From NCBI GenBank assembly GCA_963705305.1, contig OY970067.1, positions 5,344,001 to 5,408,000 of the forward strand: 64,000 bases of DNA, given 5' to 3'. Positions within the stretch are counted from its first letter, which is position 1, and each line of letters starts with the position of its first letter. This document shows positions 19,066 to 29,126 of the stretch, in pieces. This stretch comes from an uncultured Methylomirabilota bacterium. GTDB lineage: Bacteria > Methylomirabilota > Methylomirabilia > Methylomirabilales > 2-02-FULL-66-22. The translations under genes were made by a program, and so were the position numbers. Under the pieces are notes generated by a model, which saw nothing but the letters and a program-made list of their open reading frames with translations, did no database searches and had not been told where the DNA came from.

Positions 19066-20429
19066 GCTCGACGAAACCGCGCCACGAAGAAGCTGTCCGT
19101 CCCATGGCGATGCGGCCAGGCCCGCAGCCACCCGGCCTGAACGAACGCGCCGGGCACAGAGAGGGCGTCACCCGCCTCCGGACTGATATCCGCCGGTGTG
19201 AACTCGGGCCGGCTGGCCAGGAAGGCGGCCACAACCGCATCCGTTTCTTCGGGCTCCAGGCTGCAGGTGCTGTACACCAGCAGACCCCCCGGCGCCACAG
19301 CCGGAGCCACCCCGGCGAGGAGCTCCTGCTGCAGCGCCGCCATTCGCTCCAGGTCGTCAGGGCGCCGGCGCCACTTGATCTCCGGCCGGCGCCGGATCGT
19401 CCCCAGGCCGGTGCACGGCGCGTCCAGCAGCACCCGCGGGAACGCTCCGGGCCACTTCGCCCCCGCCGCGCGGGCGTCTCCCAGGTGCGGCCGAACGCGG
19501 GAGCAGCCCAGCCGTCGCACGGCGGTTTCAAGGCGCCGGACGGCGCGTGGACTGCGATCGAGGGCCACGACTTCCCCCGCCGGTCCCACCGCGGCCGCGA
19601 TGAGCGCGCCCTTACTGCCGCCCCCGGCGCACGCGTCCAGGACCCGCTGCCCCGGCGCCAGCTCCAGCGCCAGCACCGGGAGGGCGCCCGCCTCGTCCAT
19701 CGGGAGGAACACGCCGTCCGCGAAGCCGGGCAGGTCGGCCGGGCTGCCGGCCCCCCGCAGCGTGAGAGCGCCGGGAGCCCAGCGGCCGGCGGCCACCTCG
19801 ATGCTCGCGTCCTCCAGGGCCCGGCGCGCCTCCTCGACCCCGGCCCGCAGGCGGTTCACCATCAGCGTGAGGGGCGGCACGGCGTTGTTGGCCGCCATGA
19901 GCTGTCCCGCTTCCTCGGGACCGAGTCGGGCAATCCAGCGCGCCGCCAGCCATTCCGGGTGGGACCCCAGGGTCCCCCAGTAGCGGACCGGATCGGCCGC
20001 CGGGTCTGGCTCGGGGCCGTCGGTGCGGCGCGCGACCGCCCGCAGGACGGCATTGATGTAGCCCGCACTGCGCCCCGCCCCACAGGCTCGGGCCAGGCCC
20101 ACCGTCTCGTCCACCGCCGCGAAATCCGGGATACGGTCGAGACAGCGCAGCTGGTACGCCCCCAGACGGAGGAGGTGCCGGACCGCCGGGTCCAGCGCCT
20201 CCAGCCGCCGGTCAAGGCGGGGGGTCAAGATCCAGTCCAGCTTTCCCCGCCAGCGCAGGACGCCGTAGACCAGCTCCGTAGCCAGCGCCCGGTCCGGGCC
20301 GCCGAGCCCGCTGCCGCGCAGCCGCGCGTCCAGCAGCAGATTCGCATATGCGCCCGTGGTCTCGACCCGGCGGAGGATCTCCAGTGCCAGCGCCCGCGGA
20401 TTCACGCCAGCCCGGCGGGGAGGCGACAC
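19059..20429 (-). CDS. rsmB: 16S rRNA m5C967 methyltransferase RsmB/Sun (start uncertain, 20405-20498)
   Basis: NusB-like N-domain (ELVYGVLR, INAVLR), VLDACAG, DAPCTGLG, YSTCSLEPEE. Confidence 0.93.
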   Translation of the reverse strand: MSPPRRAGVNPRALALEILRRVETTGAYANLLLDARLRGSGLGGPDRALATELVYGVLRWRGKLDWILTPRLDRRLEALDPAVRHLLRLGAYQLRCLDRIPDFAAVDETVGLARACGAGRSAGYINAVLRAVARRTDGPEPDPAADPVRYWGTLGSHPEWLAARWIARLGPEEAGQLMAANNAVPPLTLMVNRLRAGVEEARRALEDASIEVAAGRWAPGALTLRGAGSPADLPGFADGVFLPMDEAGALPVLALELAPGQRVLDACAGGGSKGALIAAAVGPAGEVVALDRSPRAVRRLETAVRRLGCSRVRPHLGDARAAGAKWPGAFPRVLLDAPCTGLGTIRRRPEIKWRRRPDDLERMAALQQELLAGVAPAVAPGGLLVYSTCSLEPEETDAVVAAFLASRPEFTPADISPEAGDALSVPGAFVQAGWLRAWPHRHGTDSFFVARFRRAC

Positions 20430-20454
20430 GGGGCGTCGGCTCTCCGCTGCGGGC

Positions 20455-21381
20455 CTAGGCAAGGCGCGCCCCGACCCCGAGCCGCTGGCCCCGCGCAAAT
20501 TCCCCTCCCGACATCCGTCGCTTCCCCTCCGGCTGGACCTCCAGCAGCACCAGAGACCCCGCCCCCGTCCCCAGAACCGGCCCGGAGTCCTCCACGGCCA
20601 GCACGAAACCGGGCGGGCCCGTCGCGGCCCGGGCCTCGGTCCGCAGGACCTTCAACCGTCGGCCGTCCGGGAGGGTCAGGTACGCCCCGGGGACCGGCGC
20701 CAGACCGCGCACCCGGTTGGCCAGGCTGCGGGCGTCCTGCGCCAAATCCAGCCGGCAGTCCCCGTCGCCAAGCTTGGGGGCAAACGTGACCCTCGATTCG
20801 TCCTGGGGCGCCCAGGTCGCATCGCCGTGCTCCAGCTTGTCGAGCGCCTCCGCCAGCGCCTTCGCGCCCAGGGCTGCCAGCCGGTCGTGGAGCGAACCGG
20901 CATCGTCCGCGGGATGGATGGGACACGAGCGCTGGAGCAGGACGGGCCCCGCGTCCATGGCCTGCTCCACTCGCATGATGGTGACCCCCGTCTCGGCCTC
21001 GCCCGCGATCAGCGCCCAGTTGATGGGCGCGGCCCCTCGGTATCTGGGCAGCAGGGAGGCGTGGACGTTGACGCAGCCCAGCGGCGGAAGCTCGCGGACG
21101 GGGCGCGGCAGGAATTGCCCGAACGCCACGACGATGATGGCCGCCGGCCGGGACTCCGCCAGCTCTGCCAGGACGGCCGGATGGCTCAGCGTCTCCGGCT
21201 GGAGCAGGCGCAGCTTGTGCCGCTGGGCGGCCAGCTTCACCGCCGGCGGCCTGAGATCCCGCCCTCGCCCCACCGGCCGATCGGGCTGAGTCACCACCAA
21301 GGCCACCTCGTTTCCCTCGGCCAGCACTCCCTCCAGGGACGGCACGGCAAAGGCCGGGCTGCCCATGAAGACCACACGCAT
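20455..21381 (-). CDS. fmt: methionyl-tRNA formyltransferase
   Basis: VVFMGSPAFA, VTQPDRP, NVHASLLPRYRGAAPI, VQPEGKRRM. Confidence 0.98.
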   Translation of the reverse strand: MRVVFMGSPAFAVPSLEGVLAEGNEVALVVTQPDRPVGRGRDLRPPAVKLAAQRHKLRLLQPETLSHPAVLAELAESRPAAIIVVAFGQFLPRPVRELPPLGCVNVHASLLPRYRGAAPINWALIAGEAETGVTIMRVEQAMDAGPVLLQRSCPIHPADDAGSLHDRLAALGAKALAEALDKLEHGDATWAPQDESRVTFAPKLGDGDCRLDLAQDARSLANRVRGLAPVPGAYLTLPDGRRLKVLRTEARAATGPPGFVLAVEDSGPVLGTGAGSLVLLEVQPEGKRRMSGGEFARGQRLGVGARLA

Positions 21382-21923
21382 CACCCCGCGCTCCCCGGGC
21401 CCCCCGCGGGGCCGCCGCCGGCGCCGGCCGGCCTCGCCCACAGCGACTGGATGACCTCATCCATACGGAGGCGGTGCGTTCCAGGCCAGTAGATGCGCCC
21501 GCAGCGCACGCACGTCCAGAAGGCGTCGTGATGCTCCCAGATGAATTCGGGGACGAGGCCTTCGACGGCCGCCTTGCTGCTGGGCTCCAGGACGGTGTTG
21601 CAGCGCAGGCACCGGCGGGCTGGCGGCACGCCGGGATCCAGGCCCAGCGTCTCCACCACCTGACGTACCTGCTCCCTGACGTGATCGCTCGCGATGAACA
21701 GATGGGGCGGCAGGTGGCCGCGCCGCAGGAGGCGCGTGTCGCGGGTCAGGAGCATTCGCCCGTCGCGCCAGGCCTGGTGCAGAAGGGCGTCGTCCTCGCC
21801 TCGAAAGTACTCCGTGTCGTACCCCAGGATGCGCAGCCAGGTGGCCAGGCGGCCCAGCATCGCGTCGGCCAGGAAACGGGGAGGCAATGTGGGGGCGCCG
21901 GCCGGCTGCGACTGGCTCTCCAT
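21381..21923 (-). CDS. Mut7-C RNase domain protein (PIN-like plus Zn ribbon)
   Basis: FLADAMLGRLATWLRILGYD, LLTRD, RCLRCN, CVRCGRIYWPGTH. Confidence 0.92.
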   Translation of the reverse strand: MESQSQPAGAPTLPPRFLADAMLGRLATWLRILGYDTEYFRGEDDALLHQAWRDGRMLLTRDTRLLRRGHLPPHLFIASDHVREQVRQVVETLGLDPGVPPARRCLRCNTVLEPSSKAAVEGLVPEFIWEHHDAFWTCVRCGRIYWPGTHRLRMDEVIQSLWARPAGAGGGPAGGPGSAG

Positions 21924-22215
21924 GTTTCAATCCTAACATACTTGCCGGCGCTGCCGAAATCTTTTGGAGCGGACCCCCGATCCCTTCGAGGGCCGTATGC
22001 ACGAACAGGCCGGCCGGTCCGGGTTCACCCGGAAAATGGTGCATACGCGGATCTGCGCTCCGTTAGGCCCCGTGGCGTGTCTGGGGAGAGTATGGCGCAA
22101 TCGGTGGGGCCGCGGGGAGGGCTCGTGGCATCGCACAACTTGCCAACATTCGCTCCGACGAGCGGGCCGTGGATATAGCCCCTCACGCATGGGCGAGCGT
22201 CCGCATCCAGATCCG

Positions 22216-22590
22216 TCAGCGCGAGGGATTCCCGGGCGTCCGCTCATGCGGGGGAGAGGGGCCGCCTGGCGGCGGCAGGGGGGTGGAGACGACCCAGAAG
22301 CAGAGCAGGACCACCAACGTCAGCCAGAACACGGTGAAGGCGAGCCGCCGGCCGTGCCAGAGGCTGGCCCCCCACTCGCGCAACCCCTCCGCGAGCTCGT
22401 TGGCCTTGCCCCCGTAGACTTCCATCTCGCGGAGATACTGCTTGCGGTCCGCCGGGTCATACCCCAGGGGGTTGGGGGGAACGGGGGTGGCGGTGAGGTA
22501 GATCCCCAGCGCCGTCCCGAGGCCCACCCCCGCAATGCCGAGGGCAATAAACCGGCGACGCATCTGGAGGCGTCCCGTGTTCCACATCAT
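22216..22590 (-). CDS. small hypothetical membrane protein
   Basis: Two TM segments flanking KQYLREMEVYGGKAN. Confidence 0.7.
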   Translation of the reverse strand: MMWNTGRLQMRRRFIALGIAGVGLGTALGIYLTATPVPPNPLGYDPADRKQYLREMEVYGGKANELAEGLREWGASLWHGRRLAFTVFWLTLVVLLCFWVVSTPLPPPGGPSPPHERTPGNPSR

Positions 22591-22933
22591 GTCATCCAAC
22601 CTGCAGCGGGCGGCGGCCGGGACCAGCACGGGCTCCCCCCGGCTGGGCCGCCTCCGGCAGCGGCGGCGGCGCACCACCGTTCCTCGGGATGTCGGCCGTC
22701 GCCGGCCACCCAAGCAGCAGCCCGGGATTCGGCTCTCCCGGGCCGCTCATGAGGCTCCTCTCAGCACCCCCAGCGCTGAAGAAACAGCAAGGCCCTGGGC
22801 ACACGGAGGAGGGAGCCGCACCCAGGGCCCCGCGCACCGGAAGGCTTTGGCCTCCCGGATCTGTATTCCATGTCCGCCGCTCACCCCGGGCGGCGGCAGT
22901 CGGACTGCCGGCTGGCCCGGTCACGAGCCTTCG

Positions 22934-23506
22934 TCACTGTGCCCGGTGCATCGTCCCTGCGCAGGCATCCCGGACCAGGAACGGATTCGTCGCCTGGGCC
23001 AGGAGGAACGGGGGGGTGGCCGCCAGCAGGACGCGCGGGGTCCCGTCCTGCAGGCTGCCGCTCTCACCCCCGCCCTGGTTGGGCGCCTGGTACTCGAAGA
23101 GCAGATCGAAGCGGACCTCCTGTCCCGTCGTCGGCAGCTCCATCTTGAAGGGGGCGGACTGCATCGGGCTCAGCACCACGTTGGTCAGGACGTCGCGGGC
23201 TTCCGCGACGGTCCTGCCCCGGGCGTTGACGCCGATCACGGTGAACGCGAGCGAGCGGACCTCCGGCTGCATGAGGTTGAAGGCCAGCCCCTGCAGCACG
23301 AGCGCCTGGGGCGTGGGCCGTGTACAGTTCCAGAAGACTTCTATGTCCGTGGTGGTTCGCTGATGGGTGAACCCGGGCGGCGGGTAGGGGGCCTGCTCCG
23401 CGCCCGGCTGGGCGGGGCCGGGGACCCCGGCGCAGGCGGCCAGGCCGCCCGCCAGGAGGACCAACAGCCCGAGGGGAATCCAGCGTCTCCGTCGCATCTT
23501 CGTCAC
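22934..23506 (-). CDS. hypothetical lipoprotein
   Basis: Basic N-terminus, hydrophobic helix, LAAC lipobox, beta-rich domain; GGAGG RBS. Confidence 0.75.
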   Translation of the reverse strand: MTKMRRRRWIPLGLLVLLAGGLAACAGVPGPAQPGAEQAPYPPPGFTHQRTTTDIEVFWNCTRPTPQALVLQGLAFNLMQPEVRSLAFTVIGVNARGRTVAEARDVLTNVVLSPMQSAPFKMELPTTGQEVRFDLLFEYQAPNQGGGESGSLQDGTPRVLLAATPPFLLAQATNPFLVRDACAGTMHRAQ

Positions 23507-23569
23507 CTCCTCTGGGGCCGTCGGCCCCTTCAGCCGGGCGTCTCTGGGGGGGGTGTCCCGGCCTCCCGG

Positions 23570-23720
23570 ACAGCCGGGACATATCGGCAGGCCGCCCCCG
23601 CGATTCCACTGCTCAGCAGGGCTCCCGCCAAGATGTCAGAGGGAAAACGTGCCCCCTGGACCCCGTGCGGCGACCCGACCAGCCCGGCCACTCCCAGGAA
23701 AACCACCGGCCGGACGCGGC
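23570..23720 (-). pseudogene. degenerate C-terminal fragment of a PAP2-family phosphatase
   Basis: VVFLGVAGLVGSPHGVQGARFPSDILAGALL resembles PAP2 motif 3 (SRxxxGxHxxxD) with catalytic residues lost. Confidence 0.4.
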
Positions 23721-23929
23721 AGGCGACGTTCTTCACATGGTGGTCCAGGGGGCCGGCGGGCCGCCACGGTCCCCGCCCCGCCGGCCCAACGGCCCGGGGC
23801 AGCTGTGACCCACCCTCTTCCCTTACAGTACGCGGGCGGCCTGACCCCTGTTTCACGGCAGACGCCGAAACTCCACCGGAGATCAAGAAGCCAGAAAATT
23901 GGAGGGGCCAAAGGAGCCGCCGGAAACAG

Positions 23930-24205
23930 ACCGGGCTGCGGGGCGGGCACCTGGATGTGGCCATCGCCGCCCAGGAGTTCCTCCTGGGCGGCGACATCAT
24001 CACCCGAATCAACGGGCAGCCGGTGGATACGCCCGAACGGCTCACACACGTGCTGCGCGGCTTACAAGTTGGGGACACGCTTCATCTGGAGCTTGCGCGA
24101 GACGGCCAGCCCCTGGACCTGACGCTGGTCCTCACCGAGCGACCGATTCTCCCCCAAGACATTCAGACCGACGGCTCCATGGCTCGGACATCACGCAGGC
24201 CGTGA
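23930..24205 (+). pseudogene. C-terminal PDZ fragment of an HtrA/DegP-like protease
   Basis: GLRGG..LGGDIITRINGQPV..LQVGDTLHLELARDG; no protease domain or convincing start. Confidence 0.7.
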
Positions 24206-24300
24206 GCACGACGCGGCGGGGATTGCCCATGCGGGCCGGCCGCGCTCCGAATGGTGCCCGGCGGGCGGGGTGGCCACCCCGCCCGCCGGTGTGTTGCGGG

Positions 24301-26196
24301 CTACTCCTCCAGCGTCGAGAGGTCCCCCTCCGGCAGCCCCTGGGCGCGCGCCTTCAGGACGCGCCGCATGATCTTCCCCGAGCGCGTTTTGGGCAAGCTG
24401 TCCACGAAGGTGACCTGCTCGGGCCGGGCGATGGGTCCCACATGCTGGCCCACGTGCTGCCGCACCTCCTCCGACAGGGCGTCGGAGGGCGCGAAGCCCG
24501 TGCGCAGGATGCAGTAGGCATGAATAGCCTGGCCCCTGACCTCATGGGGCAGGCCGATCGCCGCCGCCTCGGCCACCGCAGGGTGGCTGACCAGGGCGCT
24601 CTCGATCTCCGCGGTCCCCAGCCGGTACCCCGAGACCTTGATCACGTCGTCCACCCGCCCGATGATCCAGAAATAGCCGTCGGCGTCCCGCTTGGCCGAG
24701 TCGCCCGTTGTGTACCGGTCGGGGCCCAGGCTCCAGTACTGCTTGACGTACCGGTCGGGGTCTTTGTAGATCGTCCGCAGCATGGCGGGCCACGGCCGCT
24801 TGAGGATCAGATAGCCCTCCTCTCCATCGGGGACCGGCTTCCCGTGGGTGTCCACGATCTCAGCCTCCTGTCCGAAGAAGGGGCGCGTGCCGCTCCCGGG
24901 CTTCAGCGGCACCACCGGCGTGGGCGTGATCATGAACATGCCCGTCTCCGTCTGCCACCAGGTGTCCATGATAGGGCAGCGCTCCCCGCCGATGACCCGG
25001 TGGTACCACTTCCAGGCTCCCGGGTTGATGGGCTCGCCCACCGATCCCAGGAGGCGGAGGGAGGAGAGGTCGTGACGGCGGGGCCAGGACTCACCGAAGC
25101 GCATGAGGCCGCGGATGGCCGTGGGGGCGGTGTACAGGATGTTGATCCCGTACTTCTCGATCATGGACCACCAGCGGTGGGGATAGGGGTAGGTCGGGGC
25201 CCCTTCGTACATGAAGGAGGTAGCCCCCATCAGCAGAGGGCCGTAGACGATGTAGGAATGGCCCGTCACCCAGCCCGGGTCCGCCGCGCACCACCAGCGG
25301 TCTTCATCCTTGACGTCGAAGACGTATTTGAGGGTGCTGTAGATCCCCACCATGTACCCGCCGTGGACGTGGAGGACGGCCTTGGGCCTCCCCGTCGTGC
25401 CGGAGGTGTAGAGGATGTAGAGGGGATCCTCGGCGTCCATGATCTCGGTGGGGCAGTTGCGGTTCACGATGGGGAGCCGGAGCAGCTCGTGGTACCAGTA
25501 GTCGCGGCCCGGCTCCATGTTCACCGGCTGCTCCGTGCGCTGCACGACGATCGTGGACTCCACGGTCGGGCAGCGCTTGAGCGCCTCGTCCACGATCTTC
25601 TTCAGCTCGACGATCTTGCCGTTCATCCGGCCGCCGTCGGCGGTCAACACCACCTTCGACTGGGAGTCCTCGATCCGCCCCTGCAGGGAGTCCACGCTGA
25701 AGCCGCCGTACACGACCGAGTGGATGGCCCCGATCTTGGCGCACGCCAGCATGGCAATGACGATCTCGGGGATGCGGGGCATGTAGATGGTGACCCGGTC
25801 GCCCTTGTTGATCCCCATGGCGCGGAGAACGCTGGCGAACTGGCAGACCTCCCGGTTGAGCGCGTAGTAGGAGTAGGTGCGGACGTCTCCCGGCTCCCCG
25901 ACCCAGATGAGCGCCAGCTTGTTCTTGCGCCAGGTGTGCATATGCCGGTCCAGGCAATTGTGGACGATGTTCACCTGGCCCCCGACGAACCACTTGTAGA
26001 AGGGGGCCTGGCTGGCGTCCAGGACGCGGTCCCACTTTCGGTACCACTCCAGCTCGGCTGCCTCCTGGGCCCAGAAACCTTCCGGGTCGAGAGATGCGCG
26101 CTTGGCCGTCTCGTCCCAGTCTTTCAGCGACGCCTGCGCGATCACGTCGACCGAAGGATAGAATACCTCTCCGTTGAGCGACCCTGCCTTCGCCAT
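24301..26196 (-). CDS. acs: acetyl-CoA synthetase (AMP-forming)
   Basis: [48 protein letters not shown]. Confidence 0.97.
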   Translation of the reverse strand: MAKAGSLNGEVFYPSVDVIAQASLKDWDETAKRASLDPEGFWAQEAAELEWYRKWDRVLDASQAPFYKWFVGGQVNIVHNCLDRHMHTWRKNKLALIWVGEPGDVRTYSYYALNREVCQFASVLRAMGINKGDRVTIYMPRIPEIVIAMLACAKIGAIHSVVYGGFSVDSLQGRIEDSQSKVVLTADGGRMNGKIVELKKIVDEALKRCPTVESTIVVQRTEQPVNMEPGRDYWYHELLRLPIVNRNCPTEIMDAEDPLYILYTSGTTGRPKAVLHVHGGYMVGIYSTLKYVFDVKDEDRWWCAADPGWVTGHSYIVYGPLLMGATSFMYEGAPTYPYPHRWWSMIEKYGINILYTAPTAIRGLMRFGESWPRRHDLSSLRLLGSVGEPINPGAWKWYHRVIGGERCPIMDTWWQTETGMFMITPTPVVPLKPGSGTRPFFGQEAEIVDTHGKPVPDGEEGYLILKRPWPAMLRTIYKDPDRYVKQYWSLGPDRYTTGDSAKRDADGYFWIIGRVDDVIKVSGYRLGTAEIESALVSHPAVAEAAAIGLPHEVRGQAIHAYCILRTGFAPSDALSEEVRQHVGQHVGPIARPEQVTFVDSLPKTRSGKIMRRVLKARAQGLPEGDLSTLEE

Positions 26197-26630
26197 GGCT
26201 TGTCCCCCCCCATTTTTTCGGCTGGTCGCGGATGCTCGACCGCCCCCTGTCCCGGCACAATACCGGACGAGGGTCGGAAAGAGTATTTCATACTTCCGCG
26301 CCAGCAGCTTAGTTCACCAACAAGTCGACCGATTCAGGCGAGGATGCAATACCGCCGACTGGACCGTCCGAATGGTGACCGGCCAGGCTGCACGCCCTCG
26401 CGGCAGCGCATGAAGAGCTCGGCACACTCCGGACAAATGCGGCCCGTCTCCGCGAGACCGGCCTTCTCGAAGGAAGACGCCAGCGCAGCAACCATCGAGA
26501 AAGCCGAGGCGATCCAACGGCCAAGGCTTGATCCGCGACCAGTCAGGATCCCTCCTCCGGCCCCGCAGTCGCGCCGCCCTCGTTCGGCCCCTGCGATGGA
26601 ACCTGTTCGCACCGGAGACTGGCTGCCCGG

Positions 26631-26675
26631 AAAAAACGAACGGCGAGGCGCCCCAACTATAGGGGCGCCTCGCCG
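26631..26675 (-). terminator. Rho-independent terminator after satP
   Basis: 14-bp perfect stem CGGCGAGGCGCCCC/GGGGCGCCTCGCCG, 7-nt loop, followed on the minus strand by TTCGTTTTTT. Confidence 0.85.
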
Positions 26676-26735
26676 CCAGAAGATTCCGCCCGCCGGGTGT
26701 CCCGGGGGCGGGGCCAGGCCCCCGGTACCTTCAGA

Positions 26736-27386
26736 CTAGGCTGCCGCCCGGGCCCCGGCGCCCCCACCCACGGCCCGCTCTCCACCCCACAACGGGCCGC
26801 CCACTGGGAGCAGAGTGCGCTGCGCCATGCCGTTCAGCAGCGCGGCTGCTGAAGTATACCAGGCCACCAGCGCGGTGAGGATGCCGATCCACCCACCCAG
26901 CGCCACCAGCCCCGTCCCGGCTGCATCACCCCGGAAATTGCCGATGAAGAGCAGGATCTCCGTGATCTCCAAGGTCAGGAAGACCAGGAAGACGGCCATG
27001 TTGGTTCGAGTGCTCCACATCAGCATGTACGTGTTGAAGATGGCGAAGGCAAGGAGGATCCATCCCAGCGAGATCGCCACTTCCTCCGGCTTGACCTTCC
27101 CCATCAGAACCAGCGTGACAAAGGCGGCCAACCCCATCCAGAAGGCCCCGTAGGTGGTGAACGCCGTCGCGCCAAAGGCGTTGCGGTTCCTGAACTCCCA
27201 CATCCCGGCCATGAACTGCCCCAGGCCGCCGTAGAAGATGGCGAACCCGAAGAAAGCCAGGAGCGGCGCCACAGAGCCCCCCATCGCGTTGTGCGCGCTC
27301 AGGATGAACGTCGTCAGAGCAAAGGCCCCAAGGCCGAGGGGCCCCGGATCCGCCACCGGTGATACGATCTTGGTCTCTTCCGCCAT
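26736..27386 (-). CDS. satP: GPR1/FUN34/YaaH (SatP) acetate uptake transporter
   Basis: ADPGPLGLGAFALTT, YGGLGQFMAGMWEF, FGATAFTTYGAFW; about 6 TM helices. Confidence 0.92.
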   Translation of the reverse strand: MAEETKIVSPVADPGPLGLGAFALTTFILSAHNAMGGSVAPLLAFFGFAIFYGGLGQFMAGMWEFRNRNAFGATAFTTYGAFWMGLAAFVTLVLMGKVKPEEVAISLGWILLAFAIFNTYMLMWSTRTNMAVFLVFLTLEITEILLFIGNFRGDAAGTGLVALGGWIGILTALVAWYTSAAALLNGMAQRTLLPVGGPLWGGERAVGGGAGARAAA

Positions 27387-27815
27387 GGTTCTCCCCTCCC
27401 TCGTTCCCTCCGAGCCATGGATTCCATCACTCGACCAGACCCGCCCGTCTCACCTCCCCTCCCACGAGGGTCTCTCAGGACACGGATCCCCTCACCCGCG
27501 CGCCGCTGGCGGAGGGAGAATCGCACACGGTACGTGCCGCATTGCCCTTTCCGTGTCACTTGTCAGTGTGGGGACATCCAAAGACATTAACATCGGCGAG
27601 TCAAGGCGAAAATCTCTGGGAGGGAGGCCGCTGGGAATTGGAGCAAACGGCACATAGACCTCAAAGAGGATTGCGGGAGGGGACGTTGGTACCAAACAAC
27701 GTCGGGTGACCGTTCGCGAGCCTCCGGGGCAGGCGCGGCCCAGCCCGCGTGATCGCAGGCGGAGATGGCCGCGCGGGCAGGCGATGAAGGCTGGAAGGCC
27801 CCCGCTGTGCAACGA

Positions 27816-28200
27816 TCACCGAGCTTCACCGAACTCCTTTATGGCAGTCCACGTCAACGGATGCTCGAAGCCGACGAACACGGGCGTCATCGTACAATCC
27901 GGCTTGCCTGCTTCCTTCTCGGCAATCCCGGCCGCGCTGGAGGTTGCGCTGCCAGATTCTGCAGCGTCTTTCCCTGTTCGGGAGTCGACACCGTGTTCAC
28001 TGCAGTCAGAATTCCATCGCTCATCAACGTCGCCCCGAACGTGCACGCCTCCAGGAGCCCGTGCTTGTAGTAGAGCCGATAGGGATGCTCGGCGTCGGCG
28101 ACGGAGATGAGTTTTCGGGTCAGGACCGGGCCGCAGTTCGCGGAGAGCGTGGTCGGCCCATTCGGCTGGGTCGGATTCACCGGCGCATTCATCTGTGTGA
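27816..28200 (-). pseudogene. frameshifted, probably 5'-truncated hypothetical gene
   Basis: One frame reads ..HPYRLYYKHGLLE..GKTLQNLA and appears to continue in another frame as SATSSAAG..CTMTPVFVGFE (shift near 27952). Confidence 0.4.
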
Positions 28201-28217
28201 GTCTATCGACCTTCGTA

Positions 28218-28424
28218 TCATCTTCGTCCCTCCTTGGAGTCGCAGGGGTCCGCGGCATCCCGAGCGGGCTTTCCTATCCACCGATCGATCGCGATATACC
28301 CCACTGTCATCGCCATCACGAGCAGGGCCCCAAGAATCATGGGCGGGGCCGGCGACGGGATCCCGAAGGCGCGGCAGCCAAAGCCCAGGGCGAACGCAAG
28401 CACGAGACCAATTGCCGCCCTCAT
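28218..28424 (-). CDS. DUF1427/XapX-domain small membrane protein
   Basis: GFGCRAFGIPSPAPP..GALLVMAMTVGY; ATGA overlap with upstream paralog. Confidence 0.85.
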   Translation of the reverse strand: MRAAIGLVLAFALGFGCRAFGIPSPAPPMILGALLVMAMTVGYIAIDRWIGKPARDAADPCDSKEGRR

Positions 28425-28612
28425 GGCGCCATCAGACGCAAGAGCGTCTGCCCCAGCGGCAGGAGGCGGTCGGCAAGGACGAACCCCAGCGTCATTGCGA
28501 GCAAGAGGCACGCTCCAATGAACCGCGGTGGAGCCGGAGACGGGATGTCGAAGAATCGGCACCCCGCGCCGACAGCAAGACCGAGAACGAGACCGACGAC
28601 GCCCGCAACCAT
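28421..28612 (-). CDS. DUF1427/XapX-domain small membrane protein
   Basis: GAGCRFFDIPSPAPP..GACLLLAMTLGF; GGAGG RBS. Confidence 0.85.
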   Translation of the reverse strand: MVAGVVGLVLGLAVGAGCRFFDIPSPAPPRFIGACLLLAMTLGFVLADRLLPLGQTLLRLMAP

Positions 28613-29024
28613 GTTTGTCCCCTCCTTCCTCGGGTTGATCATGCGGGCCCAGTGGGAGCAGATTGGGATGTCCCCCTGCCTCCCGCCCGGACGAATTGGA
28701 TCGTCCGACAGCCGCGGTAGCATAGCAGGAGGCAGGCTCTGGTTCCAGCGCATCCGGGTGACGACGAATCACACTGCACACACAGGGCAGCGGAAGGTGC
28801 GATGGCCCACCCATCCCCCGCCCTGAGTCTTGACTCCCCCTTGGCGAAGAGTCCGCTCCCGCCCAGCCTGGCGCGCGTCAGCGCAGGTCTCGACTCCATC
28901 GATTCACGACCGGTCATGATACCCCGTGTTCCAAAGCGAGCCGGGCGCCCGACCGCGTGCCAATTCTTCATTGGCCTGCCTCCGCCCCCATTTTTTGCAT
29001 GGGGCGGAAGAGTGCGGCCCCGCA

Positions 29025-29053
29025 TTGACAGCCTCCGTCCAGCCGCGTACACT
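29025..29053 (+). promoter_or_regulatory. sigma70-type promoter for the GAF histidine kinase
   Basis: TTGACA-17 nt-TACACT about 75 nt upstream of GTG 29127. Confidence 0.7.
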
Positions 29054-29126
29054 CCAGCCCATTGCGCGACCTAGGATCCCGACAACACGGCGCGCACAGG
29101 GTGCGCGCCGGACGGAGCTTTGCCCC

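Noticed and set aside
22740..22775. GGGGTGCTGAGAG resembling a TPP riboswitch
   Set aside because: No ACCTGA or GTAGGGA-type elements follow.
26334..26612. ORF with CPEC upstream of acs
   Set aside because: Single CxxC, weak start, and no other support; probably promoter or intergenic sequence.
28612..28810. In-frame TGA after FRCPVCAV upstream of XapX, raising possible selenocysteine readthrough or a Zn-ribbon gene
   Set aside because: The TGA is not at a Cys-equivalent position, no clear SECIS is visible, and XapX has its own RBS; more likely decayed or non-coding sequence.
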